Shown here piece after piece: positions 10,265 to 23,253 of a stretch of 64,000 nucleotides of DNA. Made by a program: the position numbers and the translations under genes. Each line of letters begins with the position of its first letter. Position 1 is the first letter of the stretch. The notes under the pieces are model-generated. The model was not told where the DNA came from and did no database searches. It worked only from the letters and a program-made list of their open reading frames with translations. The stretch is taken from the NCBI RefSeq assembly GCF_006345805.1, contig NC_043008.1:28644001-28708000 (forward strand), read 5' to 3'. The DNA is from Octopus sinensis (Eukaryota).

Positions 10265-13200
10265 AAAGAAACAGGTGGAGCCTCCACCCCCTTATGGGCT
10301 GATTAATGATACATCTACTGATTCACAATAAAAACATTGGTAATTGCGCAACCATATAATCGTTACGCCATGAGTGATAATGAATAAACAAAATATTGTG
10401 AATAACGGTGGCCATGAAATTGAAGCCATTATGTTGACAGAGTTGCACCCAACAGGCTCAGAGATTCTGGTCAATAACCAAAAAGGGACCACCACACACG
10501 GCTTAGCTGGAACATGCAAATTAATGATGTGGTCATGGAGGGTTCCTACCAGAGCAGACCGGCAGGTGAAAACGGTACTCAAATCAGGGGTTACCGACAA
10601 CGTATGTATGATCATTGACGAGAAAAGGGATTGTTTCAACTCAGCTAGAGCACAAAGAAAAAATTGTTGATTCACAGAAGTAGAGCTCGAAGCTACCAAA
10701 AGCTACCATCAGAGATAACAATGAATATACAGTTCTTACTATAAGAGTAAACCCAGAGCACAGGAAAGGAGCAGTGATATTTACTTGATGAGAGACATAT
10801 AGATCATCGAAAAGAAAACAATAAAACTAATGAGGATACACGACAGATGAACAAAATCTATGATAGAAAAAATGTAAGACTACAGGTGAACGATAGGGAC
10901 ATTATTTGCAAACTTAAAAAAGGTTGATCGATGGAAACTGAACCAAGAAATGAAAAATGTCAATGAAATTCTGAAATACATTAGATCAAACAACATCACA
11001 GAAACAAATAATTTGATCAAGGCAGCAAGTATTGCTGTAGCAGAAAACGTGGGCGTTGATGGCAAGGAAAAGAAATATAATGGAAGTGACAAAAGAAAAA
11101 TCCATGGTGGAAAAGACGGAAAAGAAGAATCCAGGCAGAGTTAGACATGCTCTCGAAGGAAATCTCTGTTAGACCGAAAAGAGAAAGGGGAGCTTAAAAG
11201 CGAACAAAAATACAGGATGATGAAAAGCAAGTATAATATTGAAACAAAGGGCTTGATAATAGTAGTGGAGGAACTGCAACAGCGCCTCGTTGCAAAAAAA
11301 GCTAAGATGGTAAGACACGGCCAAAGAATGAAGGGTCACCACCAGAATAGTTTATTAAGAGTTGATCAGAAGAAATTCTATAAAGAAATGTGGAGAGTGT
11401 ACAAATGAAAAGTTGATATATATAAATTTGAAAGTCAAAGGTTTTGGAGTGACAATGAGCACACGAATGGCTGCAAGAACTGAAGCAAACAGTAGTCTGT
11501 CCAAAACAAGCAGAACTAGTAATTTCAGTTAGGGAAGGGAAGGAAATCAGCAAAAAAAAGAAAAAAGGATCAACTTGAAGGGCTCGGGACCAGAAGGAGT
11601 TCAAAGTTACTTGATCAAAAGATTTGGTGAATGTCATGCATGAATAGCTACGTAAATCAACACCTTGTTAAATGCCGACTAAGTAACACCAGAGTGGTTG
11701 ACACTTGGTAGGACAGTATAGTGCCTGAAAAACATAGAAAAATGCAATACGGTAGACAATTACAGGCCGATATCCTGTTTGCCAATTATGTGGGAGTTTA
11801 TAGACTGGAATACTCGCAGAGTCAATGTATGAACATCTGGGAAAATGGAGTCCTGCCACTTGAGCAGAGGAGTTGCAAGCGTAAGTGCAGAGGTACCAAG
11901 GATTAACTTCTGATAGACAAAACTGTTCTTTGAGACTGCTAGAACATTAACTTAGACTTGTCATGGATCGACTATCGTAAGGCGTACGATATGATCCCAC
12001 ATTCTTGGATAATGGAGTGTATGAACATTTTTGGTATTGCATCGATTGTTAAGCGATTGCTTGCAAAAAGTATGACGACTTAGAGGACGGACCTGAAAGT
12101 TAGGGGACAGCAGAAATTTGGAGTGGCATTTTCCAAGGGGATTGCTTGTCCCCACTGATCTTTTTACTGTGCTTGATACAATCAACAGTGATTCTGAAGA
12201 AAGCAGATACTGGGTATGTATTCAAAAGCCGCCAAGTAAAAGTCGTCAACTATTTGTTATTCATGGATGACCTCAAACTTTATGGCAAAGATGATACCCA
12301 AGTCAGTTCCGTCGTTGATACAGTTTATACCTTCAATGCTGACACCAGAATGGTGTTCGGGCTGAGAAAGTATAGTGTGTTAGGATTGAAGAGAGGCAAA
12401 ATCAAATATATAGACGGGGGAGTATATACCGTCGGGGGAGGTAATGAAGCAGATAGAAGAGACGTGATATAATTACTTGGGGATTTTTGAAGTGGATAAA
12501 TTAACGCAAAAAAGAAATGACACATAAATTTAAGGTGGAGTAATTGCGCAGACTGACACTTCTCTTTAAGTCGAAATTAAACGGACGGAATAAGATTGAA
12601 GCTATCAACACCAATCAACACCTGGATGACTTCAATCCTTAGATATGGAGCAGGGGTACTCGCATGGACAGTATACGAACTAAACAGATTAGACAGAAAG
12701 ACAAGGCAGTTGCTAACTATACATGGGTCATTCCACCCAAAACGTGACACAGACAGACTGAAAGTACCAACAAAAAGAGGGTGATGAAAACTTATTGGAA
12801 GCAAACACAGCATTAGAGCAGAAGAAAACAACATGGCTTGATAGATAAAATATACTACAGAACCACTATTATTAGAAGCAAGAAGGTGAAATCGTGTGCA
12901 GGATGAAAGATTGCAAAAGTAAATCGTTGTACAAGTCTTGAGAATGAATGAAAACGAAAATAGATCGATAAAGAAAAGAATGAAAAGGCAACTTCATAGG
13001 GATGTTGACGATAACAAAGACAGAGAAAAAGATGGCTATGTATGACTAAAATTGATTTATAACCGGATCTAATCAGTGCTGCCTAAGAGCAAGCATAGAG
13101 GAGGAATTATATCAAATACAGTACAGATAACATCAGAAAGTGATACGTACACAATTTGTGGACAAAATTGTGAAAGTATATGGCATATCACCAGTCAATG

Positions 13201-13530
13201 TACGCTACCAGCCCAGAGAAGATTACAAGAGACATCATGACAATATAGTGAACATATGACAGGTTAGCTTTGGAGGTCAGCTTTTGTGGTCGTTCAAAAA
13301 GGAGTAGTAATAACAATAATAATCGTAGTTCTAGGAAAAGTGAGTAATAACCTTGAGAAGTACATGGAATATAAAGAGACTGCAATAAGGGTGGATCAAT
13401 TGAAACTGCTCAAATACTCGGGAATAGTGCTCTAACAAAAAGGGGCGTTACCTTAGTTTACTGATAGTGAACAGCTGGCAAAATAGTATATCTCCAGGGT
13501 GAGAAGCTTTGTAAGGACAACAAGTAATAA
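10265..13530 (+). mobile_element. Degraded, near full-length R4/Dong-like RLE retrotransposon
   Basis: Remnant motifs YRPISCLP, EQRSCKRKCRG, WIDYRKAYDMIPHSW, GIFQGD, NYLLFMDDLKLY, DRKTRQLLTIHGSFHPK and RHHDN. Many stops. Confidence 0.85.
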
Positions 13531-14428
13531 GTCATATTATTAGACGTAAGAAGGTTTGTATAGGAGGAAAGATTACAAAGATAAAGCAGTATGCAAGAAA
13601 TTGAAAACGAATGAAACTGAAAATAGGTGGGTAAAGAAAAGAATGCATGGTCAATTTTATAGGGATGTTGAAGATAAAACAGACAGAGAAAAAGATGGCT
13701 GTATGTGACTAAAAGTGATTGAAAGCCCGAAACGGAGGCTCTAATCTGTGCTGCCCAAGAGCAAGCAGTAAGAACAAAGTACATAAAATATAGTATAGGC
13801 AACACACCAGAAAGTGATAAGTACGGAATCCGTGGACAGAACGGTGTTGCCACGAAAATATATATCCAGGCTTGTCCATTGGACACTTTGCAACACGTAG
13901 GGTCTTCACAGAGCAAAATTGGTACAACCACAAACCTGAACGCATCGTCGAAAATTGAAATGCAAAGATCCTATGGGATTTTATGATTCAGTGTGACCAT
14001 GAGATAGAGAATAGGAAGCCGGATATAGTCTTAATTGAGAAAGAAATTGAACTCTGCTGGATCATAGACATAGCATGCCCAGCTGACAACAAGGCATGCG
14101 ATAAGGAAAACAAATGTCAAGAGATATGACAGTTTAGCTTAGGAAATTAAGCAGTTGTGGTCGACGAAAAAGTTAGTACCAATAATTGTCGATGAAAAAG
14201 TAGTACCAATAATTATGGGAGCCCTGAGAGCATTAAGCAAAAATCTTGATAAGTACGTGGAACAAATAGGGGATGCAATAAATGTGGAGCACGTGCAGAA
14301 AACAGCACTGTTTGGAACCACTAAAATTCTCCGTAAGGTGCTCGAAATAATAGAGGTGTTACTTTAGTTCACTGGTAGCGAACAGCTGACATTGTAATAC
14401 ATCTCCAGCGTTAGAAGCTGTGCAAAGG
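13531..14428 (+). mobile_element. Second, 5'-truncated R4/Dong-like copy directly behind the first
   Basis: Repeats the 12870-13200 region, then continues KILWDFMIQCDHEIENRKPDIVLI...PIIMGAL...TALFGTTKILRKVLE. Followed by a long (AAT)n. Confidence 0.85.
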
Positions 14429-14654
<226 letters not shown>

Positions 14655-14655
<1 letters not shown>

Positions 14656-14820
14656 CATCGAAAATACCTTAGGAATGAGAACCCAGGTTCGAAATATCCC
14701 CTGATGAAGGCTGCAGGGTATATCAGCCGAAACGTCGTGTTAAAAACAAGCAAGATGAGGACAAATATCTGTCAAATGTAAATAATGTACATAATTCCTC
14801 ATGCCTTAAATATAGAATTG
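14655..14820 (+). mobile_element. Short Penelope-pLTR-like repeat (copy 2) carrying a hammerhead core
   Basis: Homologous to 8864-9003 and 29408-29585. Confidence 0.72.
14695..14741 (+). ncRNA. Minimal type I hammerhead ribozyme motif
   Basis: CUGAUGA (14701-14707), stem II GGCUG/CAGCC, GAAA (14729-14732), a short palindromic AC-GU stem III and a GUC cleavage triplet (14734-14736). The 5' strand of stem I (GACAC in the 29460 copy) is deleted here. Confidence 0.7.
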
Positions 14821-14838
14821 CACACATGCATACATATA

Positions 14839-16511
14839 TGGTATCCGGCGAATTTTGTCTAAAAGAATTCGTCTAAAATACAATTGATCCAAATGCAATT
14901 TGTCTAAAACAATATTGTTTCTTCTTTGAAGAGTTCGTAGGAAGTGGAAACGAATAGTTGTTTAGTCATGCTATTGAGTATAAATAATTGCGATAATATG
15001 GAATAAAACTAGTTGGTTACTATCATGTGGAATAAAACTAGTTTTTTTTAATGTTTCTGATTTAGAATTTTTACCAGTGAAAAGACTCATAGCAAAAATG
15101 CCTGCTGAATTTACTAAATCAGAATAAAGGTCGTAAGAATTTGGTTGATAATGGACATACATACTATAAGATTGCTGAAAATGGTGAACGTGTTTATTGG
15201 AAGTGCAAAAACTATCCAACAACAAAATGCTGTGCTCGCATAATTACTGTAAACAATGAAATTGGGAAATCATTGAAATTGTTTTCCCCCCTGAACTTAC
15301 TAAATCTTTTAAAGGTGATCAATTTCTGCTTTATGGCTCAGGACCAGTTGGAAAGCGTATTGTGATATTTGCGACAAGACGTAATTTATTACAGCGTATA
15401 TCACTAATCAGTCACTGGTATGTAGACGGCACATTTAAGACAGTTCCTATGTTATTTCACAAGTTATATAACCTACATGGATTAAAAGAGAAAGATTTGC
15501 TGCTGCTCCTTTTCTTGTTATTGTCGGACAAAACAGAAGAAATATATATAAGGAATTTGCACGAGATAAAGTATTTGGAACCATCTTGTACGCCAGTTTT
15601 AATTTTGAGAAGCGATGATGAAAGCATTTTTGAAAGAATTTCCTAGTGCAGACCAGAACGGTTGCTTTTTCTACCATACTCAGGGCATCTCATGTAATAA
15701 AACGTAATGGTGTAAAACGAAAATATGATACAGTCCCTAATTTTGCTTTAGTGACGAGGATGCTACCAGCTTTAACATTAGTCCCAGTAGGCACAGCAAC
15801 AAGAGCATTTGCTTTATTATGTAATAACGACACCTTCCTTGATGAAGCACAAGAAATGATTGATTATTTCGAGGATACGTAGATTGAAATGCCTAATAGA
15901 AAGAATACGCAACGCCCATCTCTCTTCCTACTAAATATCTGGAATATGTATTTGAGAGCTCTTGATGATTTGCCCAAAACAAATAAATCTGTCGAAAGAT
16001 AGCATCGAGCATGCGAAACCCAAGCTGAGTCCATCACCCCAACGTCTGGAAATTTATCAACATTTTACAAATAAAAAAAGTCTAAGCGAGATTTGGATCG
16101 AGCTGTATATTGCTGTAATGCAATCAGAACCTCCAAAGACGCGCTATCTAGATACTTCAAACCGAAAAAAATATCTTATGCAAACATTTTGATCCACAAA
16201 ATATTCTTGAATCTGTTCGTAGTGTAGCACATAACATTTCCTTTAAAAATTGTGTACGTCCTTTCAGTAAATACTATCTTTTTTTTTTACACATTTTGAA
16301 TTGAAAAAATCCTAACGTTTTTTTATAAATATAGTTAATAGCTAGTTATAAACCAAAAGAATTATAAATTATGGATAATAATACGAATTCATCAAGAAGA
16401 AACTATTCTTATGTTTTAGTTAGATTGTGTTTTAAACAAATTGTTTAAACAAATTGTATTTAGATCAACTGTCTTTTAGACTAATTGTTTTAAACAAACG
16501 CGCCTAGACCG
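14839..16511 (+). mobile_element. Mutator (MULE) DNA transposon with FLYWCH-type finger, defective
   Basis: 9-bp TSD ATACATATA (14830-14838, 16512-16520). Long degenerate TIRs are built of TTGTCTAAAA-like units. Protein fragments NGHTYYK...VYWKCKNYPTTKCCARI, WYVDGTFKTVP and IDYFEDT. Confidence 0.88.
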
Positions 16512-16605
16512 ATACATATATAAATGTATATACACACATACATGCATACACGCAAACATGCATACACGCAAACATGCAGAGTACATCTATACATACATAC
16601 ATACA

Positions 16606-16636
<31 letters not shown>

Positions 16637-17979
16637 GTGTATCCACACGCACACTGACCCCCCCCCCGCATGCACAAAAACAAACAAAAAGAACGCAGTT
16701 ACGAGAACGGATAGAGTCAACGACTACTGAAAATGTTGCAAGACACAAAGGAAATTTTAGTAAAATTAAGTAAGTAAATGAGTGTAAATCAGACTGATGA
16801 TTATGTTAAATTGATTAGGCACTGAAAGAGATATATCTCCCTGGACACAATAAAATATGATTCAACACACAAATTCACATAAAGAATCTTGCAAACCAAC
16901 TACAAAAACGAAAGATATATATATATATATACACAAGCGTACGCGCAGACACATACACAACACATGTATGTGTGTGTCTGAATATGTATATGAATATGTA
17001 TATATGTTTGTCTGTATATCAATTTATGATTGTAAGCGGATTGGAATGCGGTGGATCATATGTATGTGTCTGTTACGTTCACGAATTATGAATATTATTC
17101 CGGTCCTTTCAAAAATAATAAAATGTAACTAAATCACTTCGATTCTTCCGACATTTCTATAACTACTAGTGTCTTGAGGGTTGCTTTCTTATTTCTATTT
17201 TTGCCATAATGACAATTTATTGTATGTCTGCACTCCGTTATAGTTTTCATTTATCAACTCTAAAGCTTTCTCAACAAATTTAGGTCTTTATTTTATAAAT
17301 TATCGGAGAGTTGACGCTAATAAATTTTACGAATGTTAATGGAGATACAAAGTATGGTCCGACGTATAATTATTAGTTTTTATTGAAATTAGACGAAGAG
17401 GCCTCATTTGCTTAGTGCCTACTAAAATTACAATTATACGTTTAATAATTAATTGCATCTTCTGAAATATCGTGGCAACATTGTATTAGTATTAATAGAG
17501 GCAAGGGCATACATAAGCACATACACAGATGCATACTAACAAATATCGGCTAGCGCATATTTGTTTGCCGATTGGTACTTAGACTTTTGTAGGCTCGTCC
17601 AAGTGTTTAATATCGTGTAAGTCTCAGTAGAAATGTATTCCGAAATAATAAATAATTCATAAATTCATAATTAAATGGAAAATGAAAATCTGCGGTTTTA
17701 TACAATTTTAAATACGGACATACTGGCGTTATACATACATACAACTATTTATTTCATGATAGATCTTAGCATCTTGGAGTGTATCTATGTGTATCGTTGT
17801 ATTTGTAATTGCGTGTTTCAGGCTACGTGATTCGCTTGCATCCGTATCATGACTAGTGATTGACTTAACCATTTAAAGTCATTATATATCGTGGATATAT
17901 GGGTCTTGTGGTGCTGAGTATATAAAATGTACCATGAAAATATGTATCTCAGCGGATAAAGTTATAATCCTTCAGAAAG

Positions 17980-20392
17980 TAACTGAATAGACATCAAAGC
18001 AGCACTAACAGCAGAAGTGGAAGAATTTTGGAAAGCATTATGGTCACAACCTCAGAAAATGTATATCAGAACAACGAACTCATCACCTGAAAAATACTGG
18101 ACTCCTATAACAACTGAAGAAATCTCCCAGGCACCGCAAAAACTAAGCAAATGGAAAGCACCTCATTACGATAAGATCCTCAAATTCTGGTTTAAATATT
18201 TGACAGGAACACATAAAAAACTGGCTAAAAATTTAGTGACATACTAGCAGGGCTAGAAATAATGCCTGAATGACTCACGGAAGGGAAAACCATTCTGTTT
18301 CGCAAATCCACTGAAACGGCAAACCCACAAAGTTAGGGACCGATACATTTTCTCCCTACAATTTACAAAGCCTTTACTGCAATAATATCACAGATAAGGT
18401 GCAAGCATCTGGGAGAAAACAACCTGTTTCCAGAAGAGCAGAATGGGTGCTGCAAGTCTCACACGGCTGTAAAGATCAACTAATGACTAATAAATCCATA
18501 AATGAAGACAGCCGCAGAAAGTAGTGTCTAAATATGGCCTGGATCGATTATGGAAAAGTTTTTGGTAGTTTTTCCCCATACATGGATCTAACAAACACTA
18601 GCCATAAACAAAGTAGCACCAATACTCATGAAATATATTTATTCCATGAACAAATGGCAGACAAAGCTACTGTTCGATACAAAAGTGGGACTCATAAAAA
18701 CCAAAGCCATCCCCATTGGAAGAAGAATATTCCAGGGAGACACGATCTCTCTGCTCCTTTTCTGCTTGGCACTGACAGCTTTATCTGACATGCTAATCAG
18801 AACTGGATGCGGACACAGCTGTTACGGCGAAACAATCAGCCACCTCTAACGTATGAATGACCTAAAACTGTATGCTACAAATGATACACAGTTGGAAACA
18901 TTACCGCAGACGGTCCACGGATTTACCAAAGAAATAAACATGAAATTTGGCATAGAAAAATTTGCCAAAGCAACCTTGAAAAGAGGAAAACTAGTTAAGA
19001 TTAGCAATATCACACTAGATAAAGCAAATGAAATAAGAGAATTAGATCAAAGCCAGACATACAAATACTTAGAATTCAATGAACTAGATATGATACAATA
19101 CACACAAATGAAAGAGAAAATATAAAATAGGATATTATAGACGAGTTAGATTAAAACTGAAAACAGAGTTTAATGCAAACATTAACACTGTAGCCGTCCT
19201 AGATATAAGTTACAGCTACAATATCCTTAGCTGGACACTAAATAAACTAATCAAAATAGACAGAAAACAAGAAAACCAATGACAGGATTTAGCATGCTCC
19301 ACTCAAACTCTGACATAGAATGGTTATATATAAAACGTATAGAAGATGGTAGGAGCATTGTTCAGCTAGATAATTGTGACAAAATAATCACCATAGGATT
19401 ACAAAAATACCTACTACTGAAGCAATGAAAAGTAATACAAATAGCCACAAAACAAGAAGAAAACAAAAAACTGTTTTCAGCAATTAAGGAAGCTGACAAA
19501 TGAAAACAATATATCATCCTATTTAACAACTATGAAGAAAAAGAAAAAACGATAAAAGCTGTAAAAGAAATGAAATCCAAACTAAAAGGCTCACGAGCGA
19601 ATGATGGCAAAAATCTCTTTCATGACAAATACTGTGTTAAACTAATCCAAAAGAAATACACAAAGCAAAATCCCAACAATCGCTAAGAATCTCATGACTC
19701 AAAGCAGAAATTGGATTTTAAAATAATCATAAGTAACTACATAATTTGTGGCGATTGACAAGAAACAACAAAAGCGTACTCTCTCTAGCTACCCACTCCT
19801 GGCTACGAAGGAATATATTTACTGACACGACAGAGTTGGGACCTACATACACTGGAATCTATGCCAACGCTATGGAATAACAACAGAAAAAGATAATATA
19901 GGCACACGCTAGAAAAGGTCACATAAAATGAGAAGCATCAATACTATGGGATATGCCAGTACACACACATAGAGAAATAGAAGTCCAATAGGCCAGATAT
20001 AATTGTCACAGATCATCAAGAAAATAATGCTTTCTAATTGATGTATCAATACAACAGATGACAACGTTTCTCTAAAAGAAATGTAAAGACTTTCAAAATA
20101 TAAAGACCTGGAAAGAGCGGTAACGGGAATGTGGAGACTAAAAACAAACAATTCTTAACATAATAGGTGGATTAGATATGATTAAAAAAATATTCAGACA
20201 AATACGTAACAAAAACATCAGGATTAATAAATATATGTAACATACAGAAAATAGCAATACTAGGCGTCGCACGCTTCCTACTTAAAACACTTTCAATACC
20301 GTAACAATAAAAGCATCACAACAAACTACAGAACATACCAAAGTCAAACAGAGCTGCTCTCGGTGAAAGCACGTTAAAAAATAAAACTACTA
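17980..20392 (+). mobile_element. 5'-truncated R4/Dong-like RLE retrotransposon (second subfamily)
   Basis: KWKAP..DKI.KFW, AWIDYGKVF, RIFQGDTISLLLFCL, MNDLKLY, YKYLE, HDRVG and NRPDIIV. Ends in (AAT)n. Confidence 0.87.
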
Positions 20393-20545
<153 letters not shown>

Positions 20546-20549
20546 AAAA

Positions 20550-21110
20550 TGCTCTGATGCAGTACCAGGAACGGGTCCTTATCGCTTTTGATCTTAACGT
20601 ATTGGAAGTGTTATCACGTACCTTGCTTTAGATACCGTAATGCTGTACCAGGCATTGGGTCGCATGAGCTACAGCAAAAATTCTGCTCAGTACCACATAT
20701 TTCCTTATCAGTTGTTTGACCTTAACCAGTGTCGTATGTCCCTTAGTGGCTGACGTATTAACATCTCTCACCATGAGCAGAGTTAGTGGGGATGCATAAT
20801 ACCCATGATTTGAGAAGAATTCTTTGGACTTTCAATAATCACCTTTGGAAATATGGGTGGTTCGTTCAACTTTCTTAAACATCACTTATTCAAGGACCTT
20901 TTGAGCGGGATGGCTACAGGACCTGACGAAAATTCTAATTGATCCCACCCGTAAGGTAATGCGCTGTTTACCTTGATATGAGATCACCACATCGTGCACA
21001 TATGGTTGCAACGCATGTGCCTGGTGTACCCTTATCAAATGTGTAGTTATGATGGGCTTTGTATATTTCACCCGTGTCATTTTGGTGATATGCACTACGC
21101 TCTCATTCAA
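20550..21110 (+). mobile_element. Non-coding dispersed repeat, copy 2
   Basis: Aligns by eye with 9871-10236 and with the reverse complement of 31950-32415. Confidence 0.72.
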
Positions 21111-21184
21111 TTTTAATAGTAGTTCTGTAAATATTAATAATAATAATTTTTACTACTACTAATAATAATGGTAATAACAATAAT

Positions 21185-21388
21185 CCTTACTACAGTATAC
21201 ATAAGGCTTAAAACTTGGGGGAAGGGATGCTGTCGATATCAACAAACCCATTACTGAACGTGTAATTATTTAATCGACCGGGAAATGATAAAAAGCCGAC
21301 CTCGGCGGAATTTGAACGCTCAACGTAGCGACAGACAAAATACCGCTAAGCATTTTGTCCGGCGTGATAACTATCTTGCTTGCTCACA
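21185..21388 (-). mobile_element. tRNA-derived SINE with Nin/Deu-like domain, degenerate
   Basis: The reverse complement resembles 30663-30865: CACGCCGGACAAAATGCTTAGCGGTATTT...GTTCAAATTCCGCCGAGGTCGG. Confidence 0.75.
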
Positions 21389-21392
21389 GGCT

Positions 21393-21436
21393 AAATAATA
21401 ATAATAATAATAACGTTAGTAGTAGTAGTAGTAGTA

Positions 21437-21468
<32 letters not shown>

Positions 21469-21676
21469 ATAATAATAATAATAATAAGAAGAAGAAGAAG
21501 AAGAAAAGAAGAAGAAGAAGAAGAAGAAGAAGAAATAGAAGAAGAAGAAGAAGAAGAAGAAGAAGAAGAAATAGAAGAAGAAGAAGAAGAAGAAGAAGAA
21601 GAAGAAGAAGAAGAAGAAGAAGAAGAAGAAGAAGAAGAAGAAGAAGAAGAAGAAGAAGAAGAAGAAGAAGAAAAAG
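21393..21676. repeat. Compound (AAT)/(AGT)/(GAA)n microsatellite
   Basis: Direct observation. The poly-E and poly-L ORFs here are artefacts. Confidence 0.95.
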
Positions 21677-22194
21677 AATTATATGTTTATAAAAATTTGA
21701 CAAATTAAGTAAATATAAGGACGCGCAAATTGAAATACAAGAGGTGGCATCTTAAAGAGAGAAATGTTCCTGTTATTGTCGGTGCCCTTGGTATGATTAG
21801 AATGCGATGTCAGAAACATGTAGATTTTATCCCGGGGGAACCATGTCTCAGAGAAATCTCGTTGGCAAATCACCGTGTGTCCTCTTGGTAATATGGTGGC
21901 GAAAATTTCCGATTACCTGTGGCAATTGTGTTTTAAGTGTATATGCATTGTGTTGTTTGAATGATTTGTATGTGCGCATGTAGGGTGTGACAAAATCTTT
22001 TGGTGTGATTTTTGTGCGTGTTATATATCTCATTGATTCATGTTACTGTCTTTATTTTTGTATTTGAGCCTCTGTGGTTCTTTCCCCCTCCTTGGCTTCA
22101 ACCCGATTGTACCGTAAGTCACTGTACGACATATCATAGCTTGGATTGTGTCAGGTGAGTTATTCAACTTTACAGCTAGTTCAACTCTCGCTGC

Positions 22195-22691
22195 AATAGG
22201 CTGTCGGATGTCACTAAATGTCCATTTCTTTGGTTCATATCTGGACATTTTTTGCAGGGTGTCTTGGGTCAGTCTTTAATCAAGATATTGTATCAATGGA
22301 ACAAAGATATCAAGGATTTTTGAATGCAGGAATGTTAGCTTACTACTGTTGGATTTTATATGGGGATGAACCTGAGACAAAACACCATAGAATGTCCAAA
22401 TCCCAAATATTTTAAACTGTTACTCATTTGAGTGAATTTTAACTTATTTGTACACAATAATATTAATCTTGTACAATAAAAAGCCATGAACTTATTGTAT
22501 CTTGCATTCAATATACTTTATATATACATGCTTTACGTATCCTATAAGTTAAAACAGCAGGTATCATTAATATGAACATGTGAATGATAGAGGAAATCGT
22601 ACTTCAGATTCGTAATCAGCGTCAAAAATTAACCCAGAAAAGTCAGTCAGCAACTCTGATGATTAAAAAAGTTTCATTTTGTTGACAAGTG
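22195..22691 (+). mobile_element. 3' remnant of a DNA transposon, probably Chapaev3 (CMC group)
   Basis: QDIVSMEQRYQG...MLAYYCWIL matches my recollection of the Chapaev3 C-terminus (HQDI..ME.RYQG...MADYCW). The end TTTTGTTGACAAGTG corresponds to a CAC-starting TIR. Confidence 0.55.
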
Positions 22692-23205
22692 TTGTTATTA
22701 TTATTATTATTATTGTTATTATTATTGTCATTGCTGTTGTTATTGTTGGTGGTAGTGCCTTTATATTTGTCGCTGGATTCTCTGTTGCTATGTAGTTGCA
22801 AAGAAACATTGTTAGCATTGAGAGATTTTAGTTATTGTTGTATTTGTTACTTTCAATGTTGTTGATTCTGTTGTAGTTGCTTTATCTTTGAGCTACCAGC
22901 AGAACCTTGCTGCTGCCACTATGTGTTTCAATTCCATACCTTCAGAAAATTAATTAATTTAATTAATTAAACAAAGGGATTTTTGTCAATATTTTAAAAG
23001 CAATTAATGACAATCTATTAATTACATCCGTATTTTCTCATCTTTTTATAAATAAATATACATAATCCACGGTTTATATAGTTTATTTGCAGTGAGTAAT
23101 TAACTGTAATGTTTAATATCTTTTGTATAGGTAACTAAGCAGTACTGTCTTAGCATTTTGTTATACCTAACTGGGGTTTGTAACATTTATTTGTATATAT
23201 ATATA

Positions 23206-23250
<45 letters not shown>

Positions 23251-23253
23251 ATA

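Noticed and set aside
21355-21708. Poly-Glu ORF (and poly-Leu/Phe ORFs at 32897-33338)
   Set aside because: (GAA)n and (CTT)n microsatellites.
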